Below, piece after piece: positions 8,713 through 17,899 of a DNA stretch of 64,000 nt. The stretch spans positions 278,592 through 342,591 of IMG/VR virus record IMGVR_UViG_3300036781_000418, one strand, 5' to 3'. The translations under genes and the position numbers were made by a program. Numbering within the stretch: position 1 is the stretch's first letter; each line of letters starts with the position of its first letter. A model generated the notes under the pieces. That model saw only the letters and a program-made list of their open reading frames with translations, was not told the origin of the DNA and did no database searches.

Positions 8713-9579
8713 ATGAACGCCCTCATCATCGGCTCCACCGCCATGTACCACTGGTTCCCAGACGCTCGGAAGCCGAAGGACCTTGACCTCCTAACGCCCG
8801 CCAAGATCGTCGGGAACCATGGTGACGTGTGCGTAGTCGATGCCCAGTGGCACGAGGCCGCTGAGGCAATCATGATGGCGTCGACCGACAAAGTCTTCGC
8901 CACGCCTAACGTCCTGCTGACCCTGAAGGTAGCCCACGCCCACTGGAACGTTGAGCACCAGAAGACGCTGTTCGACATCAAGTTCCTGCAGGACAAGGGT
9001 GCTGAGGTCATCGAGCACCTGTACCTTGCCCTGATTCCAGTGTTCACTGCGCGGTACGGCAAGAACAAGGTTACCGTGAACAAGCCCATGAGGGAGTTCT
9101 TTACGGACGCGGTGCCACGTGCGTACGACCATGAGTGGCTGCACGAGAAGTTGGCCTTTCACGGTCGCCCAATCCACGAACGACTGCGTCCAGACATGGG
9201 CAACGTCTGGTGCTCACGTGAACTGTTCGAGCGACTGTCCTACGATGACCAGTGCGCGTGCGCCCTTGAAGAGATCTTGGTGACCGCCGTTGAACGGCGA
9301 AACCTAACCACACACAGCAAACGAAGTGAACTGCTCTCCGCTGTGTACCTCGCTCACCACAAGCTCTGCACCACCATGGCGTCAGGCTGGTTCGCGCGGT
9401 TCAACATCGAGCACCACCACGAACTTTTGATTAACCGGAGAATCCAATGGATGACACATCTAACCCAAGCCTTGTCGAGCTTGCCACCACCGACGCCCGG
9501 GGCTTTCTATCAGCCTTCCTTGAACGACAAAGTGAAGGTCGATGCAACACCCATGACGTCTACCAGTTCCAGCACCTGA
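8713..9579 (+). CDS. Phage nucleotidyltransferase-fold protein
   Basis: LIIGSTA...PKDLDLL (GS...DxD) N-terminal motif. Confidence 0.55.
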   Translation: MNALIIGSTAMYHWFPDARKPKDLDLLTPAKIVGNHGDVCVVDAQWHEAAEAIMMASTDKVFATPNVLLTLKVAHAHWNVEHQKTLFDIKFLQDKGAEVIEHLYLALIPVFTARYGKNKVTVNKPMREFFTDAVPRAYDHEWLHEKLAFHGRPIHERLRPDMGNVWCSRELFERLSYDDQCACALEEILVTAVERRNLTTHSKRSELLSAVYLAHHKLCTTMASGWFARFNIEHHHELLINRRIQWMTHLTQALSSLPPPTPGAFYQPSLNDKVKVDATPMTSTSSST

Positions 9580-9812
9580 AGCATTGGGACGGGGTCGACG
9601 GCGTCTCCATCGAGCTTGTTCACTCCGAAGGTGGCGGTGAAGGCGAAGGTGAACACGTCGAACGCATCTTTGAGGTTGCCGCCAACGGCGCGGTAGTGTC
9701 GCACATCCGCGTGACTGGCTTCTACGCCTCGTACAACGGCACTGACTACAACGACGACTGGCACTTCGTCAAGCCACAAGAGGTGGTCGTAACGCAGTAC
9801 GTCAAGTCGTAA
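9447..9812 (+). CDS. Conserved phage hypothetical protein
   Basis: GGGEGEGE...GFYASYNG...VKPQEVVVTQY pattern; good codon usage. Confidence 0.6.
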   Translation: MDDTSNPSLVELATTDARGFLSAFLERQSEGRCNTHDVYQFQHLKHWDGVDGVSIELVHSEGGGEGEGEHVERIFEVAANGAVVSHIRVTGFYASYNGTDYNDDWHFVKPQEVVVTQYVKS

Positions 9813-9830
9813 GCGGCTGAATCTGTAATA

Positions 9831-9860
9831 AATAGGGGCGCTTTGCCCCTATTCCGTTTT
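9831..9860 (+). terminator. Intrinsic terminator, followed by late promoter TAAATA (9868-9873)
   Basis: AATAGGGGC-GCTTT-GCCCCTATT then CCGTTTT. Confidence 0.55.
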
Positions 9861-9933
9861 CCAGGACTAAATAGAGGATTGATAGACCGCAAGAGATGCA
9901 GTACGAGTCTAGCCGGCATATTGGGAGACATAG

Positions 9934-10821
9934 ATGAAGTTCATCATCGGGCTAGTGTTGGCCCTGGCGCCGCTGCTCATGGCCAACAGCCAGCAGGTCG
10001 TCACAGTTTCGGGCATCGCAGTCCCGCCACACAGCAACGCGCCGCTGTTCACGCTCTACAGCGGCTCACCCAAAGGGGCCTACACCCGCCTCGCCGAAGA
10101 CCTGCAACGGGTCTGTACGAACCTCAACATTCAAATCCAACCAACTGACGGTGCCGTTGCCAACATGAAGGCCCTCTCCGACGAGCAGGTCATTCGTACC
10201 GGGGTCCGCATCGCCTTCGCGCAGCAGGACGTCGTCGTGGCCTTGTCTGGTCAGGGTTACCCAGCGCCGAAGGTCGTCATGCCGCTCTACAACGAGGACG
10301 TAAACGTGCTCGTCAACGTCGGCTCCCACATCGGTTCGTTGAGGGACCTCAACGGCAAGCGAGTCGCGGTCGGTAAGCCTGGTTCCGGCAACTGGCAGAC
10401 CGCCAAGACGATCCGTGAAGAGCTGAAGATCAACTGGATTCCAGTTGAACAGTCCCCAGACGAGTCCATCCTTGGGCTCCTAACCGGTGAGGTGGACGCC
10501 ATGATCCTAACCTCCGGTCACCCAATCAAGCTCTTCTCCGAGCTGAGCGGCAACATGCGTAGCCTCATTACCATGCTGCCAACCACCGAACTCAAGAGCT
10601 ACTCCACCGTCGAGAAGCTCCCAGCGAACACGTATCTTTGGCAACCTACCGAAGTTGAGATGAAGTCGACCAGATCGCTGCTGATCGCCGCTTCAGGCAC
10701 AACTCAAGCCGAGATGAACGAGGTGCTGATGTGCGTCTCGTCCAACAAGGAGGTGCTGAAGAAGCTCGGCCATCCTGCATGGAACCAGGTGACCTTTCCA
10801 ACCACTAAGAGATCCAAGTAA
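9934..10821 (+). CDS. TAXI-family TRAP transporter solute-binding protein (periplasmic)
   Basis: Signal peptide; SGSPKGAY, TDGAVANM, AFAQQD, PLYNEDVNVLV, DLNGKRVAVGKPGSG, GEVDAMI motifs. Confidence 0.85.
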   Translation: MKFIIGLVLALAPLLMANSQQVVTVSGIAVPPHSNAPLFTLYSGSPKGAYTRLAEDLQRVCTNLNIQIQPTDGAVANMKALSDEQVIRTGVRIAFAQQDVVVALSGQGYPAPKVVMPLYNEDVNVLVNVGSHIGSLRDLNGKRVAVGKPGSGNWQTAKTIREELKINWIPVEQSPDESILGLLTGEVDAMILTSGHPIKLFSELSGNMRSLITMLPTTELKSYSTVEKLPANTYLWQPTEVEMKSTRSLLIAASGTTQAEMNEVLMCVSSNKEVLKKLGHPAWNQVTFPTTKRSK

Positions 10822-11523
10822 ATGAGCGACAAGTCCCCACTCGACACCGTCAGCGAGGTGTTCCAGGTTCTTCAGGATATTTCAGACAAGCTGACCATCG
10901 TACGGATCATCACCGTGCTCGTGGTCGGGCTGATGGCGACTGGACTGTCCATGCTGTACGAGAACCGTGCTACCCTGTTTCAGACGGCCTTCGTGCGGGT
11001 GACTGGAGATCCTGAACCAAAGGCGGGCTGGGCCATCTCGGACGAGACTCAGAAGCAGCTCAACAACTTCGTGACGTCCGTCGACCTAGTGAACTTCGTC
11101 ACGGTGGTTGAGGTCGACCTAAAGAAGAACGTCCGTTGGCCGCGCTACGTCTTCTTCGACGACACGGAAGGCCAGCAGACGAAGGACCAGATCCTTGGCG
11201 TCCTGCCGCAGTCCATGTTTGACTACGACCAGAAGAACACGACCCAGATGGTCTCAGTGCTCCAGAACGAGTTCACCTGCGTTCGACTGCAGGACACTAA
11301 CTACCAACGCACCGTGCCAAACCTGGCCAAGAAGGTGCCGATCATCTGCCGCATCGCCATTCCACCGTTCTACAACAAGTTTGCCGGCTACATCGACATT
11401 GGCCTAAACCAAGCCCCAACGAAGTACGAGCTGGATTCTCTACGGATTGAGGCAACTCGACTCGCCGTGGAAATCTACCTCCGTGACGTCGTGAAGAAAC
11501 CGGTCGGTTACCCGCTTAACTGA
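10822..11523 (+). CDS. Single-TM protein with periplasmic GAF-like domain, T4 holin (gp t)-like; paralogue 1
   Basis: N-terminal amphipathic helix, one TM, two Cys, C-terminal CRIAIPPFYNKFAGYI. Confidence 0.5.
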   Translation: MSDKSPLDTVSEVFQVLQDISDKLTIVRIITVLVVGLMATGLSMLYENRATLFQTAFVRVTGDPEPKAGWAISDETQKQLNNFVTSVDLVNFVTVVEVDLKKNVRWPRYVFFDDTEGQQTKDQILGVLPQSMFDYDQKNTTQMVSVLQNEFTCVRLQDTNYQRTVPNLAKKVPIICRIAIPPFYNKFAGYIDIGLNQAPTKYELDSLRIEATRLAVEIYLRDVVKKPVGYPLN

Positions 11524-11546
11524 GCAAATCCAGTCATCCCGGCCCA

Positions 11547-11579
11547 TAGCTCCATAAATATCCTTGTAACTCGGAGCTA
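11547..11579 (+). promoter_or_regulatory. Late promoter (ATAAATA 11554-11560) inside an RBS-sequestering stem
   Basis: TAGCTCC (11547-11553) is complementary to GGAGCTA (11573-11579), which carries the SD. Confidence 0.6.
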
Positions 11580-11581
11580 AC

Positions 11582-12253
11582 ATGGACTACAAGAAGGCAC
11601 TGCCGCTAATCGACAAGTTTCTTGGATGGGTGTCCATCAAGCGCGTGGTCATGCTCGCGCTGATCATCGTGGTGTGCATCACCACCCAGACGATCTTTGA
11701 GAACCGGGCGCAGCTCAGCGAGGGTATCGCGGACCGTGGCAAGGAGCACAACGTGTTCGACGCCCCGATCAAGCTATCGAAGAACTCGGAAGAGGCGATC
11801 AAGAACCTCGTGAACAACCACTCAGAGATCCTGCTGGCGACCGTCATGTCTGTGAACATGCGCGCCCTGCAGCGGACCCCAGTCTTCTTCTACTCTGGCG
11901 ACGCACAGGTCACGAAGATGATTGACGGTCAGCTCTCCCAGCGCACTGGAACCCTCCCAATCTTTACGCACGATGAGAAGGCCGACGGCGAGATCGTCGG
12001 CCTTATGAACGGGGACTTCTCCTGCGTTAAATACTCGGACACCGTGAACGCCTCCATCTTCCCATCGCTGGTCGGGAAGGTAAAGCTGCTCTGCCGTGTT
12101 GGTCTTCCACCGTACAAGGGTAACTTCTCTGGGTACATCTCCTTGCTGGTGATGGACTTGAGCGGTCCGTACAAGGAAGACGAGATCCGCCTTGAGCTTA
12201 CCAAGGTCGCTACCGACATCTACCTGTCCGATGTCGTCGGCAAGCAACGTTAA
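11582..12253 (+). CDS. T4 holin-like single-TM/periplasmic-domain protein; paralogue 2
   Basis: Aligns with 10822..11523: (Y/F)ENRA, F(T/S)CV, CRxxxPP(F/Y)xxxF(A/S)GYI, RxExTxxAxxIYLxDVVxK. Confidence 0.5.
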   Translation: MDYKKALPLIDKFLGWVSIKRVVMLALIIVVCITTQTIFENRAQLSEGIADRGKEHNVFDAPIKLSKNSEEAIKNLVNNHSEILLATVMSVNMRALQRTPVFFYSGDAQVTKMIDGQLSQRTGTLPIFTHDEKADGEIVGLMNGDFSCVKYSDTVNASIFPSLVGKVKLLCRVGLPPYKGNFSGYISLLVMDLSGPYKEDEIRLELTKVATDIYLSDVVGKQR

Positions 12254-12273
12254 GGACAGATAAGGTCCACACC

Positions 12274-12486
12274 ATGCACATGGGAATGATTCCACTTCTA
12301 CTGCTGTTCATTACCGTCATTGGGGTGGTCGGCATCGTGCTGTATCGTACCATCTGGTGCCGCCTGTTTCGCCATCCGACTAACGACCGTCGTGAAGCGG
12401 AGCTTGACTTTGAAGGTCGAGACCGCCGTCGCGGCAACCGCACTGGAACGGCCGCAGACCGCAAGGACACAGTTCCCACGCCCTAA
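12274..12486 (+). CDS. Small membrane protein (one TM, basic tail), possible lysis accessory
   Basis: Hydrophobic N-terminus, Arg-rich C-terminus. Confidence 0.5.
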   Translation: MHMGMIPLLLLFITVIGVVGIVLYRTIWCRLFRHPTNDRREAELDFEGRDRRRGNRTGTAADRKDTVPTP

Positions 12487-12583
12487 ATAGGACTCACGTT
12501 GAATCTAAGGTTCGGGCCAATGTGCAAACATTCGGCCCGAGTTTGATTTGCGCGACTGTATAACACATAGTAGGATAGAACAA

Positions 12584-13039
12584 ATGGAACAACTAGACGA
12601 ACTCCAATATGAAAAGAAGCCACGAGCTGGCCTAATCCCGTACATCATGGGTCAGGATGGGCGGTACCGTTACCTGATGATGATCGCCTCTAACTCGAAG
12701 TTCGGTGGCCCAAGACCAATGATCTCCAAGGGCAAGATTGAGGAGGGTGAGACCCCCTACATCGCCGCGGTTCGCGAGGCCGAGGAGGAACTTGGGTTGA
12801 TCGCGTACAACATGAAGGGAACCCCCGCCCTCCTCACCGAGGAACAGGTCACCCTTCGATCCGGAACTTACTTCTTTACGGTGTACGCCGTGGAGATCTA
12901 CGATCGCTCCCTCTTCAACATGTGGTGTAGCGAGACGGAGTATACGGAGTGGTACACGCTCGACGAATTCCAACAACATGGACGACGCGATCACATCAAG
13001 TTCATCCAACAACTCGAACAACAGCTTAGACAAACCTAA
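12584..13039 (+). CDS. NUDIX hydrolase
   Basis: GKIEEGETPYIAAVREAEEELG Nudix box. Confidence 0.85.
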   Translation: MEQLDELQYEKKPRAGLIPYIMGQDGRYRYLMMIASNSKFGGPRPMISKGKIEEGETPYIAAVREAEEELGLIAYNMKGTPALLTEEQVTLRSGTYFFTVYAVEIYDRSLFNMWCSETEYTEWYTLDEFQQHGRRDHIKFIQQLEQQLRQT

Positions 13040-13052
13040 ATGAGATAGCATA

Positions 13053-13718
13053 ATGGCAAAGGTACTCTTCCTTGACAAATCAGGTCAACCACTTGACTGG
13101 GGCACGTGGCGTGACGCCGTGGAGCACTACGCTAAGGACCACGTGCTGTGGGAACTTGGCGACAAGAACCGTGAGTCGATCACGTTCCGTGGCGGGTTCA
13201 ACTGCAACGGCGATCAGTCAAAGATCTCGGTCGCACCGATCATCGCCTTGAACGGTGAGGCCACGGGTCGTAAGCGCTACAAGATCCCAACCCTGAACAA
13301 CCGGTACCTGTTTGCCCGTGACCGTTGGACCTGCGCGTACTGCGGCTCGACCAACCCCAACGAGTCAAAGCTGTCGTGCGACCACGTCGTGCCGCGTTCC
13401 CGTGGTGGCAAGGACATCTGGGAAAACGTCGTCACCTCCTGCGGTCCATGCAACAACTTCAAGGACAACTGGCTGTTGAGTGAAATTGGGATGGAGCTCA
13501 GGTACGTGCCGTACGTCCCGACACAGGCCGACATCCTGTTCATGGAGTCTCAGGGCATTCTCCCGAGTCAGGCCGAGTACCTGCTGCCGTTCTGCTCCGA
13601 GCGTGCTCGGCTCTCGTTCCAGGGCGTCGCGAACCAAGGTGGTCCCGCGTTGAACCACCTTGAAGAGGCGGCTCGGGCGGCTGGACCTCGTCGTTCGAAG
13701 GCACCGACCCGTAAGTAA
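13053..13718 (+). CDS. HNH endonuclease
   Basis: RDRWTCAYCG...DHVVPRSRGG...WENVVTSCGPCNNFK. Confidence 0.9.
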   Translation: MAKVLFLDKSGQPLDWGTWRDAVEHYAKDHVLWELGDKNRESITFRGGFNCNGDQSKISVAPIIALNGEATGRKRYKIPTLNNRYLFARDRWTCAYCGSTNPNESKLSCDHVVPRSRGGKDIWENVVTSCGPCNNFKDNWLLSEIGMELRYVPYVPTQADILFMESQGILPSQAEYLLPFCSERARLSFQGVANQGGPALNHLEEAARAAGPRRSKAPTRK

Positions 13719-13802
13719 CCTGGATGGTTCCTCCGTAATGGGACCATCTAGACAACTACGGGTCGTCCAACAACGTACAATGGTCGTAACAACTGGTGCA
13801 GC

Positions 13803-14243
13803 ATGATCGATTCAAACAAGGTTCTCGGTGCGGCGATGCTTATCTCGCTCGCCCTTCTCACGCTCGTTGACATTACGGGAACGGGTGGTGTGGTGCGGTT
13901 GGCGGTCAGCTTAGTGGTGTTCCCACTGCTCTCGCTGTTCATCACCTGGCTGTTTGGAATTGTGATGGAGGCGGTCGGGCTTGGACACAAGCTAATGCAG
14001 CCTCCGGTCATGCACGACCTTGAGCCTGAGGTCATCATCGGCGAGTTGGTCGGTCAGTCGACGACGGTGGCTGGTTCGCTCAACGGCGATCCGTTTCCGG
14101 AGTGGGTCGACATTCTCCAAGCGAAGACGGGTGATACCCTTCGGTACTACTACCACTCCGTGGAGATTCCAAACTACATGTACCCAGTTGGGTACATCGT
14201 CATGACCTTCGGCAAGGCGCACCTCGTCTACGCTGGCACCTGA
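13803..14243 (+). CDS. Hypothetical membrane protein
   Basis: Two N-terminal TM segments; TACAAT box upstream. Confidence 0.55.
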   Translation: MIDSNKVLGAAMLISLALLTLVDITGTGGVVRLAVSLVVFPLLSLFITWLFGIVMEAVGLGHKLMQPPVMHDLEPEVIIGELVGQSTTVAGSLNGDPFPEWVDILQAKTGDTLRYYYHSVEIPNYMYPVGYIVMTFGKAHLVYAGT

Positions 14244-14364
14244 TCCTGGGTATCGTGTGCATGGCTACGCCGCCTGCATACAATAGGCAGACCGGTTAAG
14301 CACCGGTTGACTACCCAAACCGCGCCCTCACGGGTCCCTTCTTCGTTTGATTCCAAAGTAGTTT

Positions 14365-14805
14365 ATGTCCACACTCATCACGACCATCAAAGTTGACCAA
14401 CTGGCCGCCCGCAAGGCCCGCGAGCAAGGTAAGACCGCGCTCCTCACCACGTTGATCGGCGAAGCTGACACGAAGGCGAAGAATGAAGGGACCACCCTGC
14501 TGTCTGATGAGAAGACGCTCAAGCTCGTGACGACGTTCATCTCCAACCTACGTGACAACCTGAAGCTCATCGAGCCAAACTCGATCGCTGGCATTCAGGC
14601 GACGCAGGAGATCGAGATCCTTGAAAAGTACGTGCCCACGCAGCTCACTGAAGATGAGCTTGTGGCGAAGGTCAAGGCCATCCTTGTGGATTCGCCCGAG
14701 GTCCCTAAGATCGGCGTCCTGATGGGCGCCCTCAAACAACAACTTACCCCAGGCACCTACGACGGAAAGCTCTTGGCCGACGTCGTAAAGCGCCTGATCA
14801 GTTAA
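14365..14805 (+). CDS. GatB/YqeY domain protein
   Basis: IKVDQLAARKAR...LLTTLIGE...EIEILEKYVPTQLTEDEL...IGVLMGALK. Confidence 0.85.
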   Translation: MSTLITTIKVDQLAARKAREQGKTALLTTLIGEADTKAKNEGTTLLSDEKTLKLVTTFISNLRDNLKLIEPNSIAGIQATQEIEILEKYVPTQLTEDELVAKVKAILVDSPEVPKIGVLMGALKQQLTPGTYDGKLLADVVKRLIS

Positions 14806-14817
14806 CCCTTTTTGGTT

Positions 14818-15057
14818 CGTGGTTGAACCGTTGATATTGCTTATCATCTAAAGCACTGTGAACCCCTGTTCGTCGGATCCAGCCTCAAAGCCGACTATCT
14901 GCAAGTAAGAAGACTTGAACGTGTCTCAGGTAGCTGGGATGTGATTTAGCTGCATATCACTAAAAAGTAGCAGGCCTAACGGGATGCCTATTACTCCGTT
15001 GTTCGGTCGTACCATCGTGTGACCGTCCCTTGCGATGTCGTTTTTCGCTCAACCACG
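14818..15057 (+). ncRNA. Candidate Y-RNA-like structured RNA upstream of Ro60
   Basis: Ends pair: CGTGGTTGA/TCAACCACG and TGATATTGC/GCGATGTCG. Several internal hairpins; U-rich 3' flank; no convincing ORF. Confidence 0.6.
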
Positions 15058-15099
15058 TTTCCTTTTCTCTCGTTGAAACCCTTTGTTTTGGAGAACCAG

Positions 15100-16731
15100 A
15101 TGTCTGCATCAACTTACACCGACTTTGCCCAGTCACAGAACCCAGCCAACGCCGTGACCCACCAGACGCAGCCGATCCCAGGCCGCGAAGGTGAGATGGC
15201 CAAGAACAACGCGGGTGGCTTCACCTTCGCGCTTGACCAGTGGGGCGTGTTCGACCGCTTCCTGTTGATCGGTTCGGAAACCCCAGGCTACTACGTCGGT
15301 ACCAAGGAGCAGACCGCTGAAAGCTTCAAGAGCACCATCGCGTGCGTCAAGGCCGACGGCCTCCGTGCGATCAACCGCCTGAAGGAAATCTCGCTCGCTG
15401 GTCGCGCACCGAAGAACGACCCAGCCGTCGTGGCGCTCGCCTTGGCGGCCATCTACGGTGACGCCACGGTCAAGGCCGCCGCGTACGAAGCCCTGCCACA
15501 GGTCGCACGTACCGGCACCTGGCTGTTCCAGTTCGTCTCCATCGTCGACTCGCTCGGCAAGTGGAACGCGGCGACCAAGCGTGGTGTGGCCAACTGGTAC
15601 ACCAGCAAGAACCTCGACAAGCTGGCCATCCAGCTCCTGAAGTACCAGTCCCGCAACAACTGGTCGCACCGCGACGTGCTGCGTCTGGCCCACATCAAGC
15701 CGACGGAACAGAACACCACGTTGTTCAAGTACGTGGTCAAGGGTGCCGACGGTATGGTGCAAGGCGACTTGCTGCCGAACCTCGTCATCGACTTCGAACG
15801 CCTGAAGCGCGCCACCACCAAGGCTGAGGTCTTGGCCGTCGTCAACGGCAACAAGGACGTCACGTGGGAAATGGTGCCGACGGTGTGGCACAAGGACAAG
15901 GACGTCATGCTGGCGTTGCTGCCGAACATGGGCCTGACCGCGATCATCCGCAAGCTTGGTATCCTCACCATGCACGGCGTCATCACGCAAGGCGACGGTC
16001 TGAAGCACGTCACCGACGTGCTGACCAATCCTGAGCAACTGACGCGCTCGCGCATTCACCCGCTCTCGGTGCTCCAGGCCTTCAAGCAGTACAGCCAAGG
16101 TCGCGGTGAAAAGGGCTCCAATACCTGGTCACCGGTCAACGACGTGAAGAACGCCCTTGACATGGCCTTCTACAGCGCGTTCCAGAACGTGCCAGGTACT
16201 GGTGGCTCCGTGTTCCTCGGTGTCGACTGCTCGGGCTCGATGTTCGGTGCTCCTGTCAACGGCTCGCCAAACTTGGTGGCCGCTGAAGTCGCCGCGGTGA
16301 CCGCCCTGGCGATCGCCAAGCAGCAGAAGAACTACTTCATCGGTGGCTTCAACACCACGATGGCGCCGATCGGCATCGACCCGGATATGCGCCTTGACAA
16401 GGCGTTGGAGGTGATTCGTCGCTTCCCATGGGGCGGCACGAACTGCGCCCTGCCGATGATCTACGCCGCGCAGAAGAAGATGGAGGTCGACACGTTCGTG
16501 ACCATCACGGACAATGAGACCTACGCTGGTTCGATCCAACCGTCTCAGGCCCTGCGCGACTACCGCAAGCAGTTCAAGAAGCCGAAGGCCTCGAACATCG
16601 TCATCGGTACGTCCGTCAGCAAGTTCACGATCGCGGATCCGAAGGACCCGTACCAACTGGACATCGCCGGTTTCGACTCGGCCGCTCCGGTTCTGATCGC
16701 TGAGTTCATGAAGGCTTCAGCCGCGACCTGA
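15100..16731 (+). CDS. rsr: Ro60/Rsr TROVE-domain RNA-binding protein with vWA domain
   Basis: NNAGGFTF, RFLLIGSE, KYQSRNNWSHRDVLRLAH, RIHP, DCSGSM (MIDAS), GGTNCALPM, TDNET, GFDS. Confidence 0.95.
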   Translation: MSASTYTDFAQSQNPANAVTHQTQPIPGREGEMAKNNAGGFTFALDQWGVFDRFLLIGSETPGYYVGTKEQTAESFKSTIACVKADGLRAINRLKEISLAGRAPKNDPAVVALALAAIYGDATVKAAAYEALPQVARTGTWLFQFVSIVDSLGKWNAATKRGVANWYTSKNLDKLAIQLLKYQSRNNWSHRDVLRLAHIKPTEQNTTLFKYVVKGADGMVQGDLLPNLVIDFERLKRATTKAEVLAVVNGNKDVTWEMVPTVWHKDKDVMLALLPNMGLTAIIRKLGILTMHGVITQGDGLKHVTDVLTNPEQLTRSRIHPLSVLQAFKQYSQGRGEKGSNTWSPVNDVKNALDMAFYSAFQNVPGTGGSVFLGVDCSGSMFGAPVNGSPNLVAAEVAAVTALAIAKQQKNYFIGGFNTTMAPIGIDPDMRLDKALEVIRRFPWGGTNCALPMIYAAQKKMEVDTFVTITDNETYAGSIQPSQALRDYRKQFKKPKASNIVIGTSVSKFTIADPKDPYQLDIAGFDSAAPVLIAEFMKASAAT

Positions 16732-16769
16732 TCGTCGTACATCCCCAACGCGCACGAGCGCGTATAATG

Positions 16770-16796
16770 AAAGGACGCTAACCAAGCGTCCTTTTT
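16770..16796 (+). terminator. Intrinsic terminator after Ro60
   Basis: AAAGGACGCT-AACCA-AGCGTCCTTT followed by TT. Confidence 0.6.
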
Positions 16797-16804
16797 CGCA
16801 TCCT

Positions 16805-16936
16805 ATGACCATCACCCGACTTCCTCTTGACTCGGCGAACCGCATGATTCGCGTCGGCTTCGGCCTCAACGACGGCCGCTGGTTTGCACGTGTCGACCTG
16901 TGGTGGGTCGGGTTCCGACTGACCGGCAACCGGTGA
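16805..16936 (+). CDS. Small hypothetical protein (43 aa)
   Basis: MTITRLPLDSANRMIRVGFGLNDGRWFARVDLWWVGFRLTGNR; TATAAT at 16763. Confidence 0.4.
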   Translation: MTITRLPLDSANRMIRVGFGLNDGRWFARVDLWWVGFRLTGNR

Positions 16937-16952
16937 GGCCGAGGGCACACGA

Positions 16953-17183
16953 ATGACGACGACCTTAGAGCTCCACAAGATCAAACGATCGATGCACCAC
17001 GACGTCGTTCGGTCCTTCCAGGCAATGCTCAGCGAGTGCGACGTCAAGGCCGTTGACAAGCTTGACCCCGTACTGATGAAGTCCGTCGAAGGTTGGTACA
17101 AGCAGTGGAACCGTATGACGGGCGACGACGCGCAACCTTCATGGATCCGACCATGTTCTCGAACCTCATCAACGACTCTATGA
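16953..17183 (+). CDS. Hypothetical protein
   Basis: 76-aa ORF in operon orientation. Confidence 0.45.
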   Translation: MTTTLELHKIKRSMHHDVVRSFQAMLSECDVKAVDKLDPVLMKSVEGWYKQWNRMTGDDAQPSWIRPCSRTSSTTL

Positions 17184-17899
17184 TCAAAGACCACCTCACC
17201 CACACTGAGAAGCTGAAGCTCTCGGCCAGGTACTGGCTGCTCGGGGCCGCTACGTTCGACAAGCGGTACTACAAGTGCCTTGACGCGTTGGAGATCGCCA
17301 TCGGCCACCATGACGGCGTCCGCAACGACGGCACCGACGAGATCGCCCACATGATCGGCGTCTTCCAACTGCTGCGGACGATGCACAACCACCTGCTTGA
17401 TCCGGTGAGCGCGTACATCGAGGCGCTCCTCCATGACTGCATCGAGGATCCGAACCAGCTGACGAAGAAGTTCATCGCCCCGTCCGAGATTCAAGCGCAG
17501 TTTGGCAGCCAGATCCACGACGAGCTGCTGATCATGTCGAAGGAGATCCTCGGCCAGAAGAACCCTCAGTTTCTGCTGAGCAACGTCTTCCTCAACGTGA
17601 ACACGAGCGTGGTGAAACCAGGTGACCGTGACAACAACGTCGCGTCGATGTACGGCACGTTCAAGCCCGCTCGCCTGGCACGGTACATCAAGGAGACCAA
17701 GGAGGAGTACTTCGCCGGTCTCAAGGTTGCGCGTCGCAAGTTCCCTGAGCAGGAGCCCATCTATGAAAACATCAAGCTCTCCCTCACCCACAAGCTCCAG
17801 CTTATCGAGCACCTCGCCAAGAAAGACGAAGAGTCAAGTGCAGCTGGACGGGGAGAGGTTCCTGAAGCTAGCGGCACTAATTCACGCGGGCCTGGGTGA
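17141..17899 (+). CDS. HD-domain RelA/SpoT-type hydrolase (small alarmone hydrolase/Mesh1-like)
   Basis: HDGVRNDG..EIAH, ALLHDCIED, VKPGDRDNN motifs. Confidence 0.8.
   Translation: MDPTMFSNLINDSMIKDHLTHTEKLKLSARYWLLGAATFDKRYYKCLDALEIAIGHHDGVRNDGTDEIAHMIGVFQLLRTMHNHLLDPVSAYIEALLHDCIEDPNQLTKKFIAPSEIQAQFGSQIHDELLIMSKEILGQKNPQFLLSNVFLNVNTSVVKPGDRDNNVASMYGTFKPARLARYIKETKEEYFAGLKVARRKFPEQEPIYENIKLSLTHKLQLIEHLAKKDEESSAAGRGEVPEASGTNSRGPG

Noticed and set aside
8689-9812. Programmed frameshift in the 133-nt overlap of 8713..9579 and 9447..9812
   Set aside because: The downstream gene has its own GGAG RBS and ATG, and no slippery site is seen.
13053-13718. HNH as part of a mobile intron or IS
   Set aside because: Free-standing gene with no interrupted host gene or terminal repeats visible.
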